From Myxococcota bacterium (GTDB lineage: Bacteria > Myxococcota_A > UBA796 > SXON01): a stretch of DNA of 64,000 nucleotides. The DNA lies in NCBI GenBank assembly GCA_040386535.1, contig JAZKFH010000011.1, positions 64,001-128,000 on the forward strand, in the 5' to 3' direction. The translations under genes and the position numbers were made by a program. The stretch's first letter is position 1. Every line of letters begins with the position of its first letter. Positions 61,410 through 64,000 of the stretch are shown one piece after another. The notes beneath the pieces are model-generated. The model did not search any database and had not been told where the DNA came from. It saw only the letters and a program-made list of their open reading frames with translations.

Positions 61410-62252
61410 ATGTCCGCCCTCGCATCCCTCGCGCTCCTCGTCTCGGGCGCCGCGCAGGCGGTGCCGGCCGACGTCGCCGAGTGCTACCCGCACGTCACGG
61501 AGTCGCTCCCTCACCCCGGCGCCACCGGTGTCCCGCTCGACATCCAGCCGACCGTGGCGATCGCCTTCGTGGAGTGTGGTCCCGCCGAGTGGACGCTGCA
61601 GCTCGCGGAGCAGGGCTCGGGCGCGGTCGTCGCAACTGCCACGGTCGCGGCCACGCTCGGGATCGCCGCGCTGGAGCTGTGCGAGCCGCTCGCGGGCGAC
61701 ACGGCCTACGTCCTGCGCGTCACCGACGAGTCGGGCTGGGTCGAGCCCGCGGAGATCGGCTTCACCACCGGGATGGACACCGCGGACACGACCCCGTGGG
61801 CCCCCGTGCTCACGCGCGTGTCGGCGGGCTGGTACGAGCCGTCCGGCCCGCTGGTGGTGGGGCTGACCGCTGCGCAACCCGACGGGGCTGCGACGTCCGC
61901 CCGCGTCGAGCTGGGGGACGTCGGGCCCACCGCCACCTCGGGCACGTTGACGCCTCGCGTGGCCGCGTTGCTGGGCACCGCGCCGGCGGGTGTGCCCCAC
62001 GAGTGGACCGTCGGGCTCGAAGCCGGCCCCGACACGTGGTGCGTCTCGGGCCGCGGGCAGGGCGCACAGGGCGCGTGGTTCGAGCAGGCCGAGCCGGTCT
62101 GTGTCACGGTCGAGACGCTCCACTACGACACCGGCGAGGACATCGACGTGCCCAAGAGCGAGCGCGGGTGCAGCACGAGCGAGCACGGGCCGAGCGCTCT
62201 TTTCGTCGCGACGGGGCTCCTGACGATGGTGGTGCGCCGGCGGCGTGGGTAG
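61410..62252 (+). CDS. Secreted Ig-like domain protein with a MYXO-CTERM-like sorting signal
   Basis: Signal peptide; P.PGATGVPLD...PLAGDTAY.L...FTTG; C-terminal GCSTS, TM segment and RRRR. Confidence 0.82.
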   Translation: MSALASLALLVSGAAQAVPADVAECYPHVTESLPHPGATGVPLDIQPTVAIAFVECGPAEWTLQLAEQGSGAVVATATVAATLGIAALELCEPLAGDTAYVLRVTDESGWVEPAEIGFTTGMDTADTTPWAPVLTRVSAGWYEPSGPLVVGLTAAQPDGAATSARVELGDVGPTATSGTLTPRVAALLGTAPAGVPHEWTVGLEAGPDTWCVSGRGQGAQGAWFEQAEPVCVTVETLHYDTGEDIDVPKSERGCSTSEHGPSALFVATGLLTMVVRRRRG

Positions 62253-62377
62253 GGCCTGGGCGACGGGGGCGACCGCTCCGCGTCGCGGCGGCGGGGGTGG
62301 CTTCGGTTGTGGGCGGCGGATCGGATCGGGGGCTTCGCGGGCGGGGGCGCGGAACCCTGGCGCCCACGGTGCCTCTG

Positions 62378-62583
62378 CAGGTGACGAACGGCCGCGATGA
62401 GGCGCCACCCCGCGTGTTCAGCACCCTGCGGGTGACGGACGGCCAGGGTGAGGCGCCACCCCACGTGTTTGGCACCCTCCAGGTGACGAACGCCGCGATG
62501 AGGCGCCACCCCGCGTGTTTGGCACCCTCCAGGTGACGAACGGCCGGGGTGAGGCGCCACCCCACGTGTTTGGCACCCTCCTG
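62378..62583. repeat. Four 50-51-bp tandem units alternating A/B
   Basis: GGTGACG.AC...TGAGGCGCCACCCC.CGTGTT..GCACCCT; the GTGACG cores start at 62381, 62432, 62483 and 62533. Confidence 0.93.
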
Positions 62584-62696
62584 GTCGGTCTCCGCACCCC
62601 CCCGCCCACCGGCGCCGCGGTCGGCGCGGGCCGCCCTTTCGACCACCACGAGCACGTACTCGCGCCGGGCACCGCGGCCCACGCGGTTCGAGACCC

Positions 62697-64000
62697 TTAC
62701 GCCCCCGGGCCCAAGCTCCACCCCATCGCCACCCAGCCGAGCAGTAGGAGCGTCCACGACACGCCGAACGCGATCGCGTAGGGCACCTGCGCGGCGAGCA
62801 CGGTCCCGAGGCCGGCGCCGGGCACGTAGCGCCGGGCTGCCACGAGCACGATGGGAACGTACGGGAGGAGCGGCGTGAGCACGTTGGTGACGGCGTCGCC
62901 GACGCGGTAGGCGGCCTGGGTCTCCGCGGGGGAGACGCCGAGCAGCATCAACATCGGGACGAACACCGGGGCCATGATCGCCCACTTGGCCGACGCGCTC
63001 GCGATGAGCAGGTTGACCACGCCCGAGACGAGGACCATCACGAGCAACAGCGGCTCCGCGCCCAGGCCGAGCGGCCGCACCAGATCAGCGCCGGTGACCG
63101 CGAACACGATACCGAGGTTGGACCAGGCGAACCACGCCACGAATTGGGCCGCGGCGAAGGCGAGCACGATGTAGCCGCCCATGCCCGCGCAGGCCTCGGC
63201 GAGCAGGCCCGCGAAGTCACCCGTGGAGCGGATGCGGCCGTTGCCGATGCCGAACACCAGCGCCGGGAGCGCCGCCCCGATCGCGACGAGCACGACCACG
63301 GACTCGTAGAGGGGGCCGAAGCCGCCGTCGTCGGCGCGCAGCACACCGGTCGCGACGAGCGCAGCGATCACGCCGAGCCACGCGACCGCCGCCAAGGCGG
63401 GCCCACCGAGCGACACGGAAGGGACGTCGTTCGGCACCACCTCCCCCGACCACGGGCCGAACCCGGCCTCGGCGCGCTCGGCCACGACGGTGCCGACGAT
63501 GCACAGGAGCACGACCGAGGCGGCGTTGAACCACCAGTTGCACGTGGCGGGCACGATGGTCTCGGGCGCCACGAGCTGCGCCGCGGCCTGGGTGAGCCCG
63601 GCGAGGAGCGGATCGAGGGCGGTCACGAGGATGTTGGCGCCGTAGCCGCCGGACACCGCGGCATACGCGACGGTCAGGCCGGCGAGGGGGTGGCGGCCCG
63701 CGCCCGCGTAGAGCGCCGCGCCGAGGGGCACGAGCACGACGAAGCCGGCGTCCGCGGCGATGGAGCTGTTGACGCCCGCGAAGATGAGCGCGAGCGTCAA
63801 CCAGCGCCGCGGCAGCGACCGCACCAGCCCGTTGAGCACGGCCGCCACGAGGCCGGTGCGCTCGGCGAGCCCGATCCCCATGACGGCCACGAGCACGGTG
63901 CCGAGCGGCGGGAAGCTCGCGAAGTTCTTCACGGCCTCGGTGAACATCCGGCGCACGGACGGGGCCGTGAGCAGGCTCTGGACCGCGGCGGGCTCGCCGG
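62697..64000 (-). CDS. AbgT family transporter (N-terminus beyond the window)
   Basis: NFASFPPLGTVLV...G.AE..G, GRHPLAG, SGGYGAN, SASAKWAIMAPVFVPM, QAAYRVGD..TN..TP. Confidence 0.95.
   Translation of the reverse strand, partial: GEPAAVQSLLTAPSVRRMFTEAVKNFASFPPLGTVLVAVMGIGLAERTGLVAAVLNGLVRSLPRRWLTLALIFAGVNSSIAADAGFVVLVPLGAALYAGAGRHPLAGLTVAYAAVSGGYGANILVTALDPLLAGLTQAAAQLVAPETIVPATCNWWFNAASVVLLCIVGTVVAERAEAGFGPWSGEVVPNDVPSVSLGGPALAAVAWLGVIAALVATGVLRADDGGFGPLYESVVVLVAIGAALPALVFGIGNGRIRSTGDFAGLLAEACAGMGGYIVLAFAAAQFVAWFAWSNLGIVFAVTGADLVRPLGLGAEPLLLVMVLVSGVVNLLIASASAKWAIMAPVFVPMLMLLGVSPAETQAAYRVGDAVTNVLTPLLPYVPIVLVAARRYVPGAGLGTVLAAQVPYAIAFGVSWTLLLLGWVAMGWSLGPGA

Overview
Very GC-rich bacterial DNA, most likely from a Myxococcota/deltaproteobacterial lineage (inferred from a MYXO-CTERM-like tail, a DCDD..NP..E..D.IDNDC motif and an FHA-GGDEF protein). 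Bases 1-19.5 kb hold a translationally coupled minus-strand operon for a capsid-less contractile injection system (eCIS/tailocin type). It encodes an Ala-rich helical protein, an enlarged putative terminator, a sheath, two tubes, a chaperone-like protein, a tube initiator, LysM, a hub, gp25, two baseplate-J proteins and a wedge/tail protein with Kelch-like repeats that runs off the left edge. It is unusual in two ways: no spike (gpV/gp5) or PAAR gene sits between hub and gp25, and several structural subunits carry large accessory domains. The region 20-36 kb is accessory: secreted proteins and lipoproteins (some with sigma54-type promoters), gene remnants, a VioB/RebD/StaD-like protein apparently split into two divergent genes, and a SNF2-SWIM pair. 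The region 36-64 kb is mostly housekeeping: DUF3089/TetR, a Prx5-Grx plus flavoprotein disulfide reductase operon facing a NorR-like sigma54 activator, aroC (apparent CTG start), tldD-pmbA, REC-PAS, an aldonolactone oxidase, an esterase, FHA-GGDEF, CBS-CGL, DUF99, SIMPL and abgT. Long intergenic gaps contain several families of palindromic tandem and dispersed repeats, with no transposase or cas gene in the window. All family calls come from motif recognition by eye; no database searches were run.
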